From assembly GCA_964016885.1 (NCBI GenBank), contig OZ024743.1, positions 271,188,001 to 271,252,000 of the forward strand: a stretch of DNA of 64,000 nucleotides, read 5' to 3'. Shown in pieces: positions 1 to 13,019 of this stretch. The position numbers were made by a program, and so were the translations under genes. The notes below the pieces were generated by a model that was not told the origin of the DNA, did not search any database, and saw only the letters and a list, made by a program, of their open reading frames with translations. This DNA comes from Eledone cirrhosa (Eukaryota). Position 1 is the stretch's first letter, and every line of letters begins with the position of its first letter.

Positions 1-3000
1 AAATAGAGTGAACGACAGAATAATTAAAATAAGACTTGTCCTAAATAGAACTACTGTTACAATAATATGTGTACGCACCCTAATCCGGACTGCCTGGCGT
101 TATAAAAGACAGATTCTATGAGTCATTAATGCTCACTACCTCCCAAATAACCGACAGTGACTACATAATTATTGCTGGCGACCTAAATGGTCACGTTGGA
201 CAACATTGTGACCGCTATGACGGAATCCATGGAGGCTATGGGTTTGGTACTAGAAATGAGGAAGGCTCCAGAATCCTGGAATTCTGTGACGCAAATAACC
301 TAACTATCTGTAACACTAACTTCAAAAAACGTGACAATCACCTGATCACCTATAGATCAGGGGAACACGCCAGTCAGATAGATTATATCCTTACCAGAAA
401 ACGTGACAGAGTGTCTGTTGTAAACACTAAATCCCTCCCCCATGAAGAATGCACCTCCCAACATAGACTCATAGTTAGCAACCTCATAGTCAGGACGAGA
501 CGTACTCAACAACAGAGGAGGACTATCCTCAGGAGAAAAATATGGAAGCTGAAGGACCCCACAATCAGTAATAAATTTAAAAGCATATTACTTGATGCTT
601 TTGACAGTAAGGAAGAGCAATTAGTCGTACAATATAGAGGAACAGTGGGAATTCCTGAAAGGTAACCTGCTGAAGGCGGCAGATGAAATCTGTGGCTGGA
701 GCAGACCTATAGGCAGGAGGAGAGTAACGTGGTGGTGGAACAGTAAGGTGGAGGAGTCAATCAAGGCCAAAAAACAGGCTTGGAAAGTATGGCGGGATGG
801 GGGAAGTAGATAAGACTATCAAGTAGCCAGGAGGGAAGCTAGGAGACAAGTGTACTTCACAAGAAGGGAAGCAGAGGAAAGAAAGTTCAAGCATGTTCTA
901 CAGCGCGAGGACCAAAAACGTGAGGTGTTCAGGATTGCTAGGCAATGTGTCAAGGAAAACCGTGATATTGTCAGGGAGAAGTGTGTCCGTAATGATGATG
1001 GTGTACTTGCCATCACTGACGCTGATAAGAAGGTAGCTTGGAAGTGTCACTACGAAAGGCTACTAAATGAGGAGAATAAATGGGAGAAAGGCAGCCTCCC
1101 CCACATCGATCCAATAGAGGGACCAGCAGTGCAAGTTGAAGGTAGTATAATAAGTAAGGCAATCAAAGATATGAAGACGGGCAAGGCGGCTGGGCCTTCG
1201 GAAATAGTTGCTGAAATGTTGAAAGCATCTGTAATGGTGAGACACACTATGGTCACACGGATAGTAAACCAAGTCATACAGAATGGGGTCGTACTCAAGG
1301 ACTGGCGTAGCAGCATCATCATTAACTGCTACAAGGGTAAAGGAGATGCCCTAGATAGGGGAAACTATAGAGGCATTAAATTAATTGACCAGGTCATAAA
1401 GGTCACAGAAAAAGTAATAGCGCAACTAATCAGAGAGCGAATTGATCTGGATGAAATGCAGTTCGGGTTTGTGTCAGGTAAAAGTACCACAGACACTCTT
1501 TTCATTGTACGACAACTACAGGAGAAGTACCTAGCTAAAAGTAAACCCCTATACTTAGCTTTTGTTGACTTGGAGAAAGCCTTTGACGGAGTCCCACGCC
1601 CCATTATCTGGTGGTCTCTCAGAAAACTAGGAGTAGATGAATGGCTTGTGAGAGCTATACTAGCCATGTATAAAGAAACAGTCAGCAAGGTTAGAATTAA
1701 CAACGAATATAGTGAAGAGTTTAGCGTAAAAGTTGGTGTTCATCAGGGCTCCGTCCTTAGCCCCCTCCTATTTATTATTGCCCTTCAGGCTATAACAGAG
1801 GAGTTCAAGACCGGCTGCCCATGGGAACTCCTATACACTGATGATCTAACGCTTATAGCTGAATCAATGGCTGAACTAGAGAAGAAATTCCAAACATGGA
1901 AGCATGGCCTAGAATCAAAAGGCCTTAAAATTAACCTGTCTAAGACTAAAGTTCTAGTTTGTAGGAAGGAAAATAGGGCACTAGTCCCATCTGGGAAATG
2001 GCCATGCTCAGTGTGTAGGAAAGGAGTAGGCAGAAACTCCATTTTATGTCCCAAATGCAAAGTATGGGTGTATAAAAGATGTAGTGGGATTACAGGTAAG
2101 CTAACTAAGAATATAGATTTTATGTGGCCGGTGCTCTGGTGCAATAAGTAGCAACAAGTGCCCACAGAACACTAGCTCATTCCATTGCACAGATGGTTCC
2201 TTAGAAATAGTGGACACCTTCCGTTCCCTGGGTGACAAAATCAGCAGTGGTTGGGGGTGCTCTGAAAGTACAGTAGCTAGAGTCAGAACGGGATGGAAAA
2301 AGTTCAGAGAGCTCATACCACTATTGGCCACTAAAGGTTTCTCTCTAAAAATGAAAGGCAGGCTGTATGATGCCTGCATACGAACAGCAATGTTACATGG
2401 CAGTGAGACATGGGCCTTATGTGCAGAGGATATACGCAGACTGGAGAGGAACGAAGCTTGCATGCTCCGTTGGATGTGTAATAGTAATATACGTGAACGG
2501 CAAAGCATAAATGAACTAAGTGAGAAATTAGGAATAAGAGGGATCAGATGTTGTTTACTCGAGAGAAGACTACGTTGGTATGGCCCCGTGATGCGCATGA
2601 AAGACGACAGCTGTATAAAAAAGTGCAGGGCGATCAAAATAGACGGTAGCCACGGAGTAGGCAGACCCAGAAAAACCTGGGACGACTTGATAAATTCCGA
2701 CCTCACACACTTACACCTCTCCAAGACAATGTCACTGGACCGATATCTTTGGCGCTACGCAGTAATACAGAAGACCCGCCTTGCCTAAGTGCAAAGCGAA
2801 ACCTAGTCAATAGGCACCTCTTACCAAAATACACCCCCGTCCCACTACCCCCACCCCATCCACACCACCCCTTTCGATGTAAAGTTATGTTGGTACCACA
2901 ACATCCAGTCCTAAATAAATGAGGTTGTGTAGGTGTCACGACAAAAAAACACACAGTCCACGCTGTAATGTGGCCGTGTAGGTAACACGGTAAAAACCTT

Positions 3001-3165
3001 CCAGTCCACACTGTAAACGTGGTTGGTGTTAGGAAGGGCATCCAGCCGTAGAAAAGCCGCCAGACAGTCCTATACGAGCAAGACAACCAATCTTGCCTCA
3101 AGTGGGAAAATTCCCATCCAAACCCATGCTAGCGTGGAAGATGGACGTTAAACGATGATGATGAT
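1..3165 (+). mobile_element. RTE-clade LINE (family A), frameshifted, running off the left edge
   Basis: ORFs 129-665 (APE endonuclease GDLNGHVG, SQIDYIL), 850-2151 (RT: FVDLEKAFD, GVHQGSVLSP, YTDD) and 2210-2788. The 3'UTR ends GGACGTTAAACGATGATGATG, followed by (TA)n. Confidence 0.95.
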
Positions 3166-3219
3166 ATATATATATATAATATATATATATAATATATATA
3201 TATATATATAATATATAAT

Positions 3220-3268
<49 letters not shown>

Positions 3269-3540
3269 ATATATATATATAATATATATATATAATATAT
3301 AATATATATATATAATATATATATATAATATATATATATATACATATATATATAATATATAATATATATATATAATATATATATATAATATATATATATA
3401 ATATATATATATATAATATATATATATAATATATATATATATAATATATATATATAATATATATATATAATATATATATATATAATATATATATATAATA
3501 TATATATATATATACATATATATATAGTATATAATATGTA
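3164..3540. repeat. (TA)n/(TAA) microsatellite
   Basis: Almost pure A/T dinucleotide tract; it is the source of the spurious Y/I ORFs. Confidence 0.95.
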
Positions 3541-4418
3541 TCTATATATATAAAACTGAGGATGTCTGTCTGTGTGTGAGTTCGAATCCTTAAAACTCGA
3601 GAACCACCAAACTGACTGTTTTCAAACTTTACACGTGTAATACTTATGTTTCAGGGAGTGTTCTGAGCAAAATAAATTTCAAATTTTCAATACCCTAGGG
3701 ACCGCATTAGGCGATTTAGCGATCTCGCTCTATAATTCTTAGTCTTTCTCTTTTTAGATAGATACATACATATAACGTCGCGCCCTTATAATATCTGTCT
3801 GTATGTCTGACTGTCTGCATTACGTCACTTCGCTGAGGATGTGTGTGTGTGTCTGTGAGTTTGAATCCCTAAAACCCGAGAAGTACCCAACCGATTTTTT
3901 TCAAACTTTACATATGTATTACGTATGTTTCAGGGAGTGTTATGCACATAAATTCAATTTTTTTATCTCCTAGGGCTTGCATTAAGTGAAAAACTGTGTT
4001 TTTTTCAGGTTTTTAGGGGTTTTTTGAGGCGTTGCGTCAGACCAATTTTCTTGAAATTGTAACTATGTATTAGTCAGTCTCTTTTTCATACTGTAAGCAA
4101 AGAAAATCCAATTTTCTTATGGCCTAGGGCCCGCATTAGGTGAAAAACTTCATTTTTTCAGCTTCTTAGGGCTTTTTGGAGGCGTTAAGTCTAGCCGATT
4201 TTCCCGAAATTTCAAGGCATATTATGCACATAAAAAAATTCATTTTCTTGATCTCCCAGGGCCCGCATTAGGTGAAAACATGCATTTTTCCTGCTTCATC
4301 GAGGAAAATCTTAAAGATTATCCAGCCATCAGAGTATTCGGCTTTTCCACGATTAGGTCTGTTGGCGGTCCGCGTTCCAAAATACCTTATCTCGTGCAAC
4401 GCCGGGTACCACTGCTAG
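3541..4418 (+). mobile_element. Non-autonomous Helitron
   Basis: A|TCTATATATATAAAA 5' end. 3' end has the imperfect hairpin CTCGTGCAACGCCGGG and CTAG|T (4415-4418). No TSD. Internal direct repeats (GGGCCCGCATTAGGTGAAAA; ~3555-3700 vs ~3835-3975). Confidence 0.75.
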
Positions 4419-4471
<53 letters not shown>

Positions 4472-4481
4472 TGAATATATA

Positions 4482-4851
4482 GAGAGCACATGGCTTAGTG
4501 GTTAGAGCATTGGGCTTGCAATCGAAAGGTTGTGAGTTCAATTCTCAGACCAGGTGATGTGTTGTTTCCTTAAGTAAGACACTTTATTTCGCATTGCTCC
4601 AGTTTACTCAGCTGTAGAAATGAGATGATAGGACTGGGGTCCCTATCATTCCACTGCAAAGTGGTTGTGGAGGTGCCAGGGCAAAAAGGCACCCAGCCCA
4701 CACTGTAAAGTGGACGTGTAGGTGCCACGGAAAAAGGCACCCAGCTGTAAATGAGGTTGGTGTTAGGAAGGGCATCCAGCTGCAGAAATCAAGCCAGAAT
4801 CAGTTCCTGTCCCACCCTTGCAAGCAGGGAAAAGCGGATGTAAAATGAAGA
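4482..4851 (+). mobile_element. tRNA-derived SINE with RTE-derived 3' tail
   Basis: A-box TGGCTTAGTGG, B-box-like GAGTTCAATTC, conserved central block (AAGACACTTTATTTC...GCTCCAGTTTACTCAGCTG) and a tail shared with local RTE LINEs. Confidence 0.85.
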
Positions 4852-4856
4852 TATAT

Positions 4857-5397
4857 AATCATCATTTTACATCTGCTTTTCCCTGCTTGAAAGGGTGGGA
4901 CGGGTCCTATTCAGCACAGCATCTCTCTACTTGTCACAATCCTTCGTCATATCCTCCGTGAGTTTCAGTGATCTGAGGTCTGCTCTCACCACCTCCACCC
5001 ATGTTTTTTTGTGGTCTTCCTCTACTGCGTCTTCCTTCTACTAGGATTTCTTAGCACTTTTTAACCCAGCGGTCATCCTCCATGCGCATTGCATGTCCGT
5101 ACCATCTCAGTCTTCTCTCCTGCACACCACAACTTATCCCTCTTATACCCAGTTCTTTCTCAACTCATCTATGCTTGGTCGTTCACACACATTGACATTG
5201 CACATCCAACGGAGCATGCTTGCTTCATTTCTCTCCAGCCGTCGCATATCCTCTGCAGTTGCTGCCCATGTCTCACTACCATGTAGCATCGCGCATCTCA
5301 CACAGGCATCATATAACCGTCCTTTCGTACGCAGGGAGAAACCCTTCTTTGTCAACAGGAGAAGCAGCTCCCTAAACTTCTTCCAACGCATCCATGA
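4857..5397 (-). mobile_element. RTE LINE 3' fragment (family C)
   Basis: Encodes WKKFRELL...GRLYDACVRCAMLHGSETWA...RLERNEASMLRWMC; 3' end CCCACCCTT(G/T)CAAGCAGGGAAAAGC...ATGATG. Confidence 0.9.
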
Positions 5398-5505
5398 AAC
5401 AATTGTTAATACTATAAATAAAACCTTTTTTGTACAGCCGACCATGTTATTCTTCACTCTTTCACTACTATAATATATATATATATAATATATATAATAT
5501 TTATA

Positions 5506-5534
<29 letters not shown>

Positions 5535-5536
<2 letters not shown>

Positions 5537-5730
5537 GGAAAAGAGTCAGGCCCCCAACGGCTGAGCTCCGCCCGTTTAGACAGCTAGATCCTAACAGTTC
5601 GAAACTAGCTCTCGAAACGACCAGAGCTCAGCTGTCGGGGTCCTGACTCTTTTCCTATTACCCACTCTACTCTAAGTATTAAGTACTCTGGTGCATTATG
5701 GTCCACCTGGAATCTTACCACACCGTCTTT
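5535..5730 (+). mobile_element. Inverted-repeat + tail element (probable extremely truncated Penelope-like insertion)
   Basis: Arms GGAAAAGAGTCAGGCCCCCAACGGCTGAGCTC / GAGCTCAGCTGTCGGGGTCCTGACTCTTTTCC, then a tail (AAGTATTAAGTACTCTGGTGCATTATGGTCCA) also found at 17.6 kb and 15.5 kb. Inserted in (TA)n. Confidence 0.55.
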
Positions 5731-5739
5731 GTTATATAA

Positions 5740-6600
5740 TATCATCATCATCATCATCATCAACGTTTAACGTCCGTGTTCCACGCTTGCATGGGTTTGG
5801 ACTGGGGTTTTCCCACTTGAAGCAAGAGTGATTGTCTTGCTCAGGACTGTCTGGCGGGTTTTCTACAGCTGGATGCCCTTCCTAACACCAACCACATTTA
5901 CAGTTTGGGACTGGGAGGTTTTTACCATGTTGCCTACACGGCCACATGACAGCGTGGACTGTGTGTTTTTTTTGTCGTGACACCTACACGATCTCATTTG
6001 TTTCGGCCTGGATGTTGTGGCACCAACATAACTTTACATTGAAGGGGCGGTGTGGATGGGGTGGGGGTGGGGGTACAGGGGGTGTATTTGTTAGAGATGC
6101 CTACTGGCTGTAGTAGGTTTTACTTTGTATTTAGGTAAGGCGGGTCTTCTCTATTACTGAGTACCGCCAAAGGTCTCGGTCCAGTGACATTGTCTTGGAG
6201 AGGTGTAAATGTGTGAGGTCAGAATTTATCAGCTCGTCCCAGGTTTTTCTGGGTCTGCCTACTCCGTAGCTACCGTCTATCTTTATTGCCCTGCACTTTG
6301 TGATACAGCTGTCATCTTTCATGCATTGTTAACAGTGGGATTAGCTCTCTAAACTTCTTTCATCTTATCCTTATTCCCACTATTATGCTCTCAGAACACC
6401 CGCCGCTGCTGCTAATTGGGTCACCTAGATAGCAAAAGCTATCAACCACTTCTATGGATCCTTCATGTGATTGGAAAAGGTTTATATCATTGATGCTCTT
6501 CCCGTCAATTACCCCTGAGCATCTTTTACATACAAAGTCTTCCCTTCCCGTTAGTCTATCTGATATCCCACTTCTTGTGATTAACATTGTGTACATCGTA
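5740..6600 (-). mobile_element. RTE LINE fragments (family A 3' end plus a more diverged internal RTE piece)
   Basis: (CAT)n tail, family-A 3'UTR and GRPRKTWDELINSDL C-terminus. The 6360-6596 ORF encodes FVCKRCSG...VDSFCYLGD.ISSSGGCSES. Confidence 0.9.
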
Positions 6601-7315
6601 TAGAGTTTATACCTATATATATATATGTATGTGTGTGTGTGTGTGTGAGTGTATATATGAAAGTGTGTATATGAGAGTGTGTGAAGTATATATGTGTGTA
6701 TATGAGAGAGTGTGAAGTATATATGTATGTGTATATGAAAGTGTGTATGTATATGAGATTGTGTATATTTATGTATGTGTGTATTTTTCTGCCTAGATAC
6801 TAATTTATTCCTTGCTAAGTGTTTAGGATGTTGGACTTACAATTATAATATCATGAATTTAATACCAGAGTTGTATTCTTGAGCAAGACACTTCATTTCA
6901 CATTGCTTTCAATAGTTAAAACACCCAAGAAACCCCCAATGTGATACTTCATAGTAAGCCAGCTAAATCTGCCCAGGTATGAGCTGTAAATCTCGTTTCA
7001 GTTAATTTCAGTTAATAATAGACACCTAGATGGGGAGTTACACCCATGGTTGCCAAACTGCCTTCCTAAAGGACCTCTAATTCCAATTATAGTCTCTGCC
7101 TCTCTCTTTCTTTTGTTTGCTCCCCCTTTTTTCTTTCTCTCGGGTCCCCTTTCTTGCTGCCTTCCCATCTCTCTCTCTCTCACTCATTACACAACACACC
7201 TACCCAAATTTCTATTACTTTTAGTGAAAACTAAATTGTCTGACCTAATTAAGATGCCACTGATAAATCTCCTCCTCTAACTTACCCATACCTCTCTCTT
7301 TTTTGTGTTTTACAG

Positions 7316-7388
7316 CCATCCTCTTGTGAAGCAGTTGTTTACCTTAAAAACCAAAAATCCAGAACTGGCTGACCTGCTTATTAATCAA
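7316..7388 (+). CDS. TRAP1: TRAP1 (mitochondrial Hsp90/Hsp75) penultimate coding exon
   Basis: Pyrimidine tract + TACAG acceptor (AG 7314-7315) and GTAAGT donor at 7389. After one carried-over base it reads HPLVKQLFTLKTKNPELADLLINQ, matching the TRAP1 C-terminal segment (human [24 protein letters not shown], recalled). It ends in phase 0, in frame with the exon at 57317. Confidence 0.9.
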
Positions 7389-7433
7389 GTAAGTAAAAAA
7401 TTGTTTATATAAACTTGTATGTATGTATATATA

Positions 7434-8005
7434 CTAGCTGACATACTCAGCTTCGCCTGGGTAAACATGATAAGAGAAGGCAGGTAGAAGAGAAAATGAC
7501 TGTATTGGATGTTTGTCTGGTTTACAGTATGAGGCGAGAGACCGTGGTGTGTGGGTGTGACAAAAAAAAAAAACACAGTAAAGAATCTTCCAGATACACC
7601 AGATTCTTCGTTTTACCATTCATTCATTGTAAATGGAGGTTTCTAGGTGTTCCCACTCGTGAACAACCTACATATAACAATTCATGGGTAAAAAGTGATT
7701 CTTTTGTATTTAATCCTACAACTGTGAAACTCTGAGCTTGAGCTTTATGTACAGTCATAGCAAAACTGGCTCTAACAGGGAACTGAAGTCTTGAGAATTT
7801 GAAAGACAGCTCGGTAGAGGAAGAGATAAGAGGAATCTTGGGAATAAATGCATTTTTCTCCTTAATGATTACTTCCTCTAGAAGATGGCTCATCTTTTGC
7901 CTGGCTGTAAAGCATGTGCCATTGCATAGGCATGGTTGGTCCACGTTTCTCAAAAGGATGATGGAAGTTCTAATCTTTTATATTATATGTAACTATAGAT
8001 ATAGA
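7434..8005 (-). mobile_element. Internally deleted Helitron retaining a Pif1 helicase C-terminal remnant
   Basis: Minus strand has a TCTATATCTAT start and ORF 7624-7953 (FIPKIPL...RLQFPVRASFAMTVHKAQAQS...LYVGCSRV). The 3' end is the hairpin ACCCAGGCGAAGCTGAGT followed by CTAG|T. Confidence 0.8.
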
Positions 8006-8789
8006 TAATTATATATAAATGTGTGTATGTGTAAATCAGTATTTGAATCGGAAACGCTGGGCACGAAACATGATCATCACTAACAACGAACGTGCAGAGA
8101 GAATCCCATATGGTTGATTCCCTACCTGCTAGAAATAGCAGTCAGGTTGGTTAGCATACCAGGGATGTTTTTCTTCTTCTTTGATGTTATAAAATTAGTA
8201 TCAATAACCCTTCCTGGGTATACCCTTATTCTATTGCTGTACTTACTTTTCGATTATCACTTTTCGTTTTTGTGTGATGCGTGAAGGAATCAACCAACAA
8301 ACATCTCTCTGTTACATATCTTTCTTTATTTGCCACAGGGGTATAGATAACATCATCATCATGTTTGATATTTATTTTCCATGCTTGCTAGAGTTAGACT
8401 GGTTGTCATATACTGAGGAAAGCCATGAAATGGTAGAGTCATTGGAATGTCAGATAGAGTACTTTGCAGTATTTGTTTTGGCTCTCTGCTCTCTCAGTTA
8501 AAATCCCTCCAAGGTCCCGCCTTTCATCCATTTGAGGTCAGTAAAAAAGTACTAGTCATGTGAAGGGGTCAATTCTTCCTCTATATCTCTTACTCACTTC
8601 CATTCTCTCCTTCTCTGGAAGAAATCTGCTGTATTCAGTCCTGGGGAGGAGATAGGCTCCACCAGGTTTTAAAATGCCCTAGAAATGGCGTATATCAATA
8701 CAGCGCCCTTACAGGAGTTACAGGACCATGCATGCATATACTGAGGCTAGACTAGTCAGATGAAAATGTCTTGCATATATGCTCCCTTT

Positions 8790-9455
8790 TTGACTTGGTT
8801 TCTACAGCTAGATGCCCTTTCTATGCTCATCACACTCACACAACCATGGCCCCTACATGCAGACATTCCTAGCCATTGTCACTATGAAGTGGTTGGTGAT
8901 GGGAAGGGCAACCATCCATGGAGGGCTTTCCAAACGAGGGGATAGGAGGACCCTTCAGTCATGTCAAGGACATAATAGCCTCCCTAATGTTTGGTGACCT
9001 ACATGATAAATGCAGCCTGTACATGCTGTAAAGTGGTTGATGATAAGAATGGCATCCAGCCATAAAAAGCTTGCCAAACAAAGGGCTGGGAGGACCCACA
9101 GTTGTCAAAGATATAACAGCCACCCTAGTGTTGGTGATCTATATGATAAACACACCCAATACACACTGTAAAGTGGTTGATGATAGGAAGGGCATCCAGC
9201 CATAGAAATCTTGCCAAAGGTTTGTGAGGACCTACAGTTGTGTAAAGATATGACAACCTCTCCTGTGCACTTGGTGGTATGTGAGACTACATAAGTGAGG
9301 CACAAATTCCTGGCCTGTCTGGGAGATCAGTAGCCCTGCTTCAGTACTGGTAGACTTGTCTGACCCTTGCTAACACACAAAACGGACATTAAAATGATGA
9401 TGATGATACATATATGTATAGCAAAGAAAAGAAATGTTAAACGATGATGATGATA
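8790..9455. mobile_element. Degenerate RTE/SINE 3'UTR fragments
   Basis: Repeated CTGTAAAGTGGTTGATGATAGGAAGGGCATCCAGCCATAGAAA motifs and GGACATTAAAATGATGATG tails. Confidence 0.6.
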
Positions 9456-9719
9456 TATAGATATATACATCAATTACAACCCGAGCACTTGAACTACTAA
9501 GTAGCCCAACTGTGAAGTCTATATCAAACCAACAAAAACTCTACATTTATTCATTATTAGTTATGTTTGCTCACACCCAATATGTGATTTGAGTTGATAA
9601 ATTCTCTCCCAAACTATTGAGAATAAAATGATCTCAAATGGTTTTAATTCTCTATACTTCAAGGAAATCTACCTTTATATCAACTTTATAATGTTATACG
9701 AACAATATTTAATCAGTTT

Positions 9720-9973
9720 ATGAGACAGCGAGCCACCTGTTGTTCTTGGAGTTAATCTTCTGGTCTTATTTGTCCTCCTGACACGTATTCCAAGAAGAAC
9801 TCCGTGTCTCTTCCACAAATTTCGAGGTTCAAAATTATTCATAATCAATTATTCTGAAAATAAATAATGGAAATATAGTCACTGTCTTTATGAAGACGAG
9901 TGACAATGGAAGTAAAAAAAATTTGCATAAAATTAGCAGTTGAAAATTGTGAACAAATATCGTCCACACCCTG
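9720..9973 (-). mobile_element. One-ended fragment of the maT (DD37D) transposon
   Basis: Closely matches 16740-16994, including the TIR TGTGAACAAATATCGTCCACACCCTG followed by TA. Confidence 0.85.
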
Positions 9974-9989
9974 TATATATCTGTTGTAA

Positions 9990-12532
9990 ACACTAAGTCC
10001 GTTCCCCATGATGAATATACCTCCTAACATAGCCTAATAGTTAGTGACCTCATAGTCAGGACTAGACGTACTCGATGACACAGGAGGACTACCTTGAGGA
10101 GAAGAATATGGAAGTTGAAGGACTCCACAACCAGTGACAAATTTAAAAGCTAATTACTTGATGCTTTTGACAGTAAGGAAGAGCAATTAGAGAAGTACAA
10201 TATAGAGGAACAGTGGGAATTCGTGAGTGTTAACCTGCTGAAGGCAACAGATGAAATCTGTGGTTGGAGCAGGCCTATAGACAGGAGGAGAGTAACTTGG
10301 TGGTGGAACAGTAAGGTGGAGGAGTCAATCAAGGCTGGAAAGTATGGCGGGATGGGGGAAGTAGAGAACACTATCAAGTGGCCAGGAGAGAAGCTAGGAG
10401 ACAAGTGTACATTGCAAGAAGGGAAGCAGAGGATAGAAAGTTCAAGCATGTTCTACAACACGAGGACCAACAACATAAGGTGTTCAGGATTGCAAGACAA
10501 TGTGTCAAGGAAAACTGTGATATTGTCAGGGAGAAATGTGTCCGTAATGATGATGGTGTACTTGCCCTCACTGATACTGATAAGAAGGTAACTTGAAAGT
10601 GCCACTATGAGAGACTATTAAATGAGGAGAATAAATGGGAAAAAGATAGTCTGCTCCAAATCGATCTAATAGAGGGACCAGCAGTGCAAGTTAGTGGTTG
10701 TATAATAAGTAAGGCAATCAAAGATATGAAGACAGGCAAGGCGGCTGGGCCTTTGGAGATAGTTGCTGAGATGTTGAAAGCATCTGGAATGAAGGTCACA
10801 GAAAGAGTTATAGCACAACTAATCAGATATCGAATTGATCTAGATGAAATGCAGTTTGTGTCAGGTAAAAGTACCACAGATGCACTTTTCCTTGTATGAC
10901 AACTACAGGAGAAGTACCTAGCTAAAAGTAAACCTCTCTACTTAGCTTTTGTTGACTTGGAGAAAGCCTTTGACAGAGTCCCACGCTCCATTATCTGGTG
11001 GGCCCTTAGAAAGCTAGGAGTAGATGAATGGCTTGTGAGAGCTATACAAGCCATGTATAAAGATACAGTCAGTAAGGTTAGAATTAACAATGAATATAGT
11101 GAAGAATTTAGCGTAAAAGTCGGTGTTCATCAAGGCTCTGTCCTTAGCCTCCTCCTGTTTATTATTGCCCTTCAGGCTATAACAGAGGAATTTAAGACTG
11201 GCTGCCCATGGGAACTTCTATATGCAGATGATCTAACGCTCATAGCTGAATCTATAGCTGAACTAGAGAAGAAATTCCAAACATGGAAGGATGGCCTACA
11301 ATCAAAAGGCCTTAAAGTTAACTTGTCTAAGACTAAAGTTCTAGGATGTAGAAAGGAAAATAGGGCACAGGTGCCCTCTGGGAAATGGCCATGCTCAGTA
11401 TGTAGGAAAGGAGTAGGTAGAAATTCCATTCTATGTCCCAAATGCAAACTATGGGTACATAAAAGATGTAGTGGGATCAGAGGTAAACTATCTAAGAACG
11501 TAGATTTTATGTGGCCGATGCTCAGGTGCAACAAGTAGCAAATGCCCACAAGATACTAGCTTCTTCTACTGCCCAATGGTTCCATAGAAATAGTGGAGAC
11601 TTTCCGTTACCTAGGTGACAAAATCAGCAGTGGTGGTGGGTATTCTGAAAGTACAGTAGCCAGAGTTAGAACGGGGTGGATAAAGTTCAGAGAGCTTATA
11701 CCGCTGTTGGCCACAAAAGGTTTCTCTCTGAAAATGAAAAGCTGATTTTATGATGCTTGTATACAAACAACAATATTACATGGCAGTGAGACATGGGCAT
11801 TGTGTGCAGAGGACCTGCGCAGACTGGAAAGGAACGAAGCATGCATGCTCCGTTGGATGTGTAATAATAATATACTTGAACAGCAAAACATAACTGAACT
11901 AAGTGAGAAATTAGGAATAAGAGGGATCAGATGCTGTTTACTCCAGAGAAGATTACATTGGTATGGTCATGTGATGCGCATGATAAATGACAGCTGTATA
12001 AAAATTGCAGGGCAATCAAAATTGATGGAAGTTACGGAGTAGGTAGACCCAGAAAAACCTTACACACTTGCACCTCTCTAAGACAATGTCACTGGATCGA
12101 GATCTTTGGCGCCACGCAGTGATACTGAAGACCTGTCTTCCCTACGTGCAAAGTTAACCTACAGTCAGTAGGCCCCTCCAATCCAAACCACCCAACCCAC
12201 TAATCCACTCCATCTCCCACTCCCGCCAACACCACCCTTTCTCTATAAAGTTATGTTGGTACCACAACATCCAGTCCAAACTAATGAGATCGTGTAAAAA
12301 CACACACTCCACACTGTAATGTGGCCGTGTAGGTAACACGGTAAAAAGTTCCCAGTCCACACTGTAAATATGGTTGGTGTTAGGAAGGGCGTCCAGCCGT
12401 AGAAAACCTGCCAGATAGTCCTATATGAGCGAGACACGGACACCCGACCAATCTTGCCTCAAGTGGACAACTCCCGTCTAACCCATGCTAGCGTGGAAGA
12501 TAGACGTCAAACGATAACGATAATGATGATGA
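9990..12532 (+). mobile_element. RTE-clade LINE (family A-related), degenerate
   Basis: Broken ORFs 10223-11538 with RT motifs (EKAFDRVPR, GVHQGSVLS, YADD), a C-terminal segment at 11800-12042, 3'UTR and (ATG)n tail. Confidence 0.93.
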
Positions 12533-12973
12533 TATATATATATATATATATTTAGTTATGTAATAAACAACATAAGATAATTATACATCCATGGTGTATG
12601 TTGGTTAATTTCCTGAAACTGTAGAGTGCTCAACTTATCAGGCTGGAAGGTGCCAATCATATATGTAATATAGAATATGCTTCGATCATTCCCGGTGGGA
12701 GCTATTTAAATGAAGTATTTCCGTAGGAAAGGTAAAGGAAAAAAGAGTGAAGACAATTGCTTAGGGAATTAATAGAAACCAAAATATATGATAGTGCTAA
12801 CAGTTAGAATCACTGGTTGACTCAATTTATAGCTTACTGTATTCACTCATGTATGCATGCATAGATGGACACACACACACATATATATATATATATAAAA
12901 TTAGATTAAGGATGTCATATCTGAGAATATCAGAATCATGAGCCATATCACCTGTGGAAATAAATACTTTTAA

Positions 12974-13015
<42 letters not shown>

Positions 13016-13019
<4 letters not shown>

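Noticed and set aside
819-2724. Antisense ORFs over the LINE copies
   Set aside because: These are shadow frames of RT coding sequence with no independent motifs.
4482-4555. tRNA gene
   Set aside because: A/B boxes are present but there is no clean cloverleaf, and the sequence continues into a SINE body in every copy.
5535-5660. Hammerhead in the 5.5/15.6/17.6-kb hairpin subfamily
   Set aside because: GAAAC is present but no CUGANGA core or valid stem III was found, so only structural similarity to the HHR-bearing copies is claimed.
5671-5690. CRESS-virus/rolling-circle nonanucleotide origin (AAGTATT..)
   Set aside because: The sequence is AAGTATT(A/G)AG, not NAGTATTAC, and it lies outside the hairpin loop.
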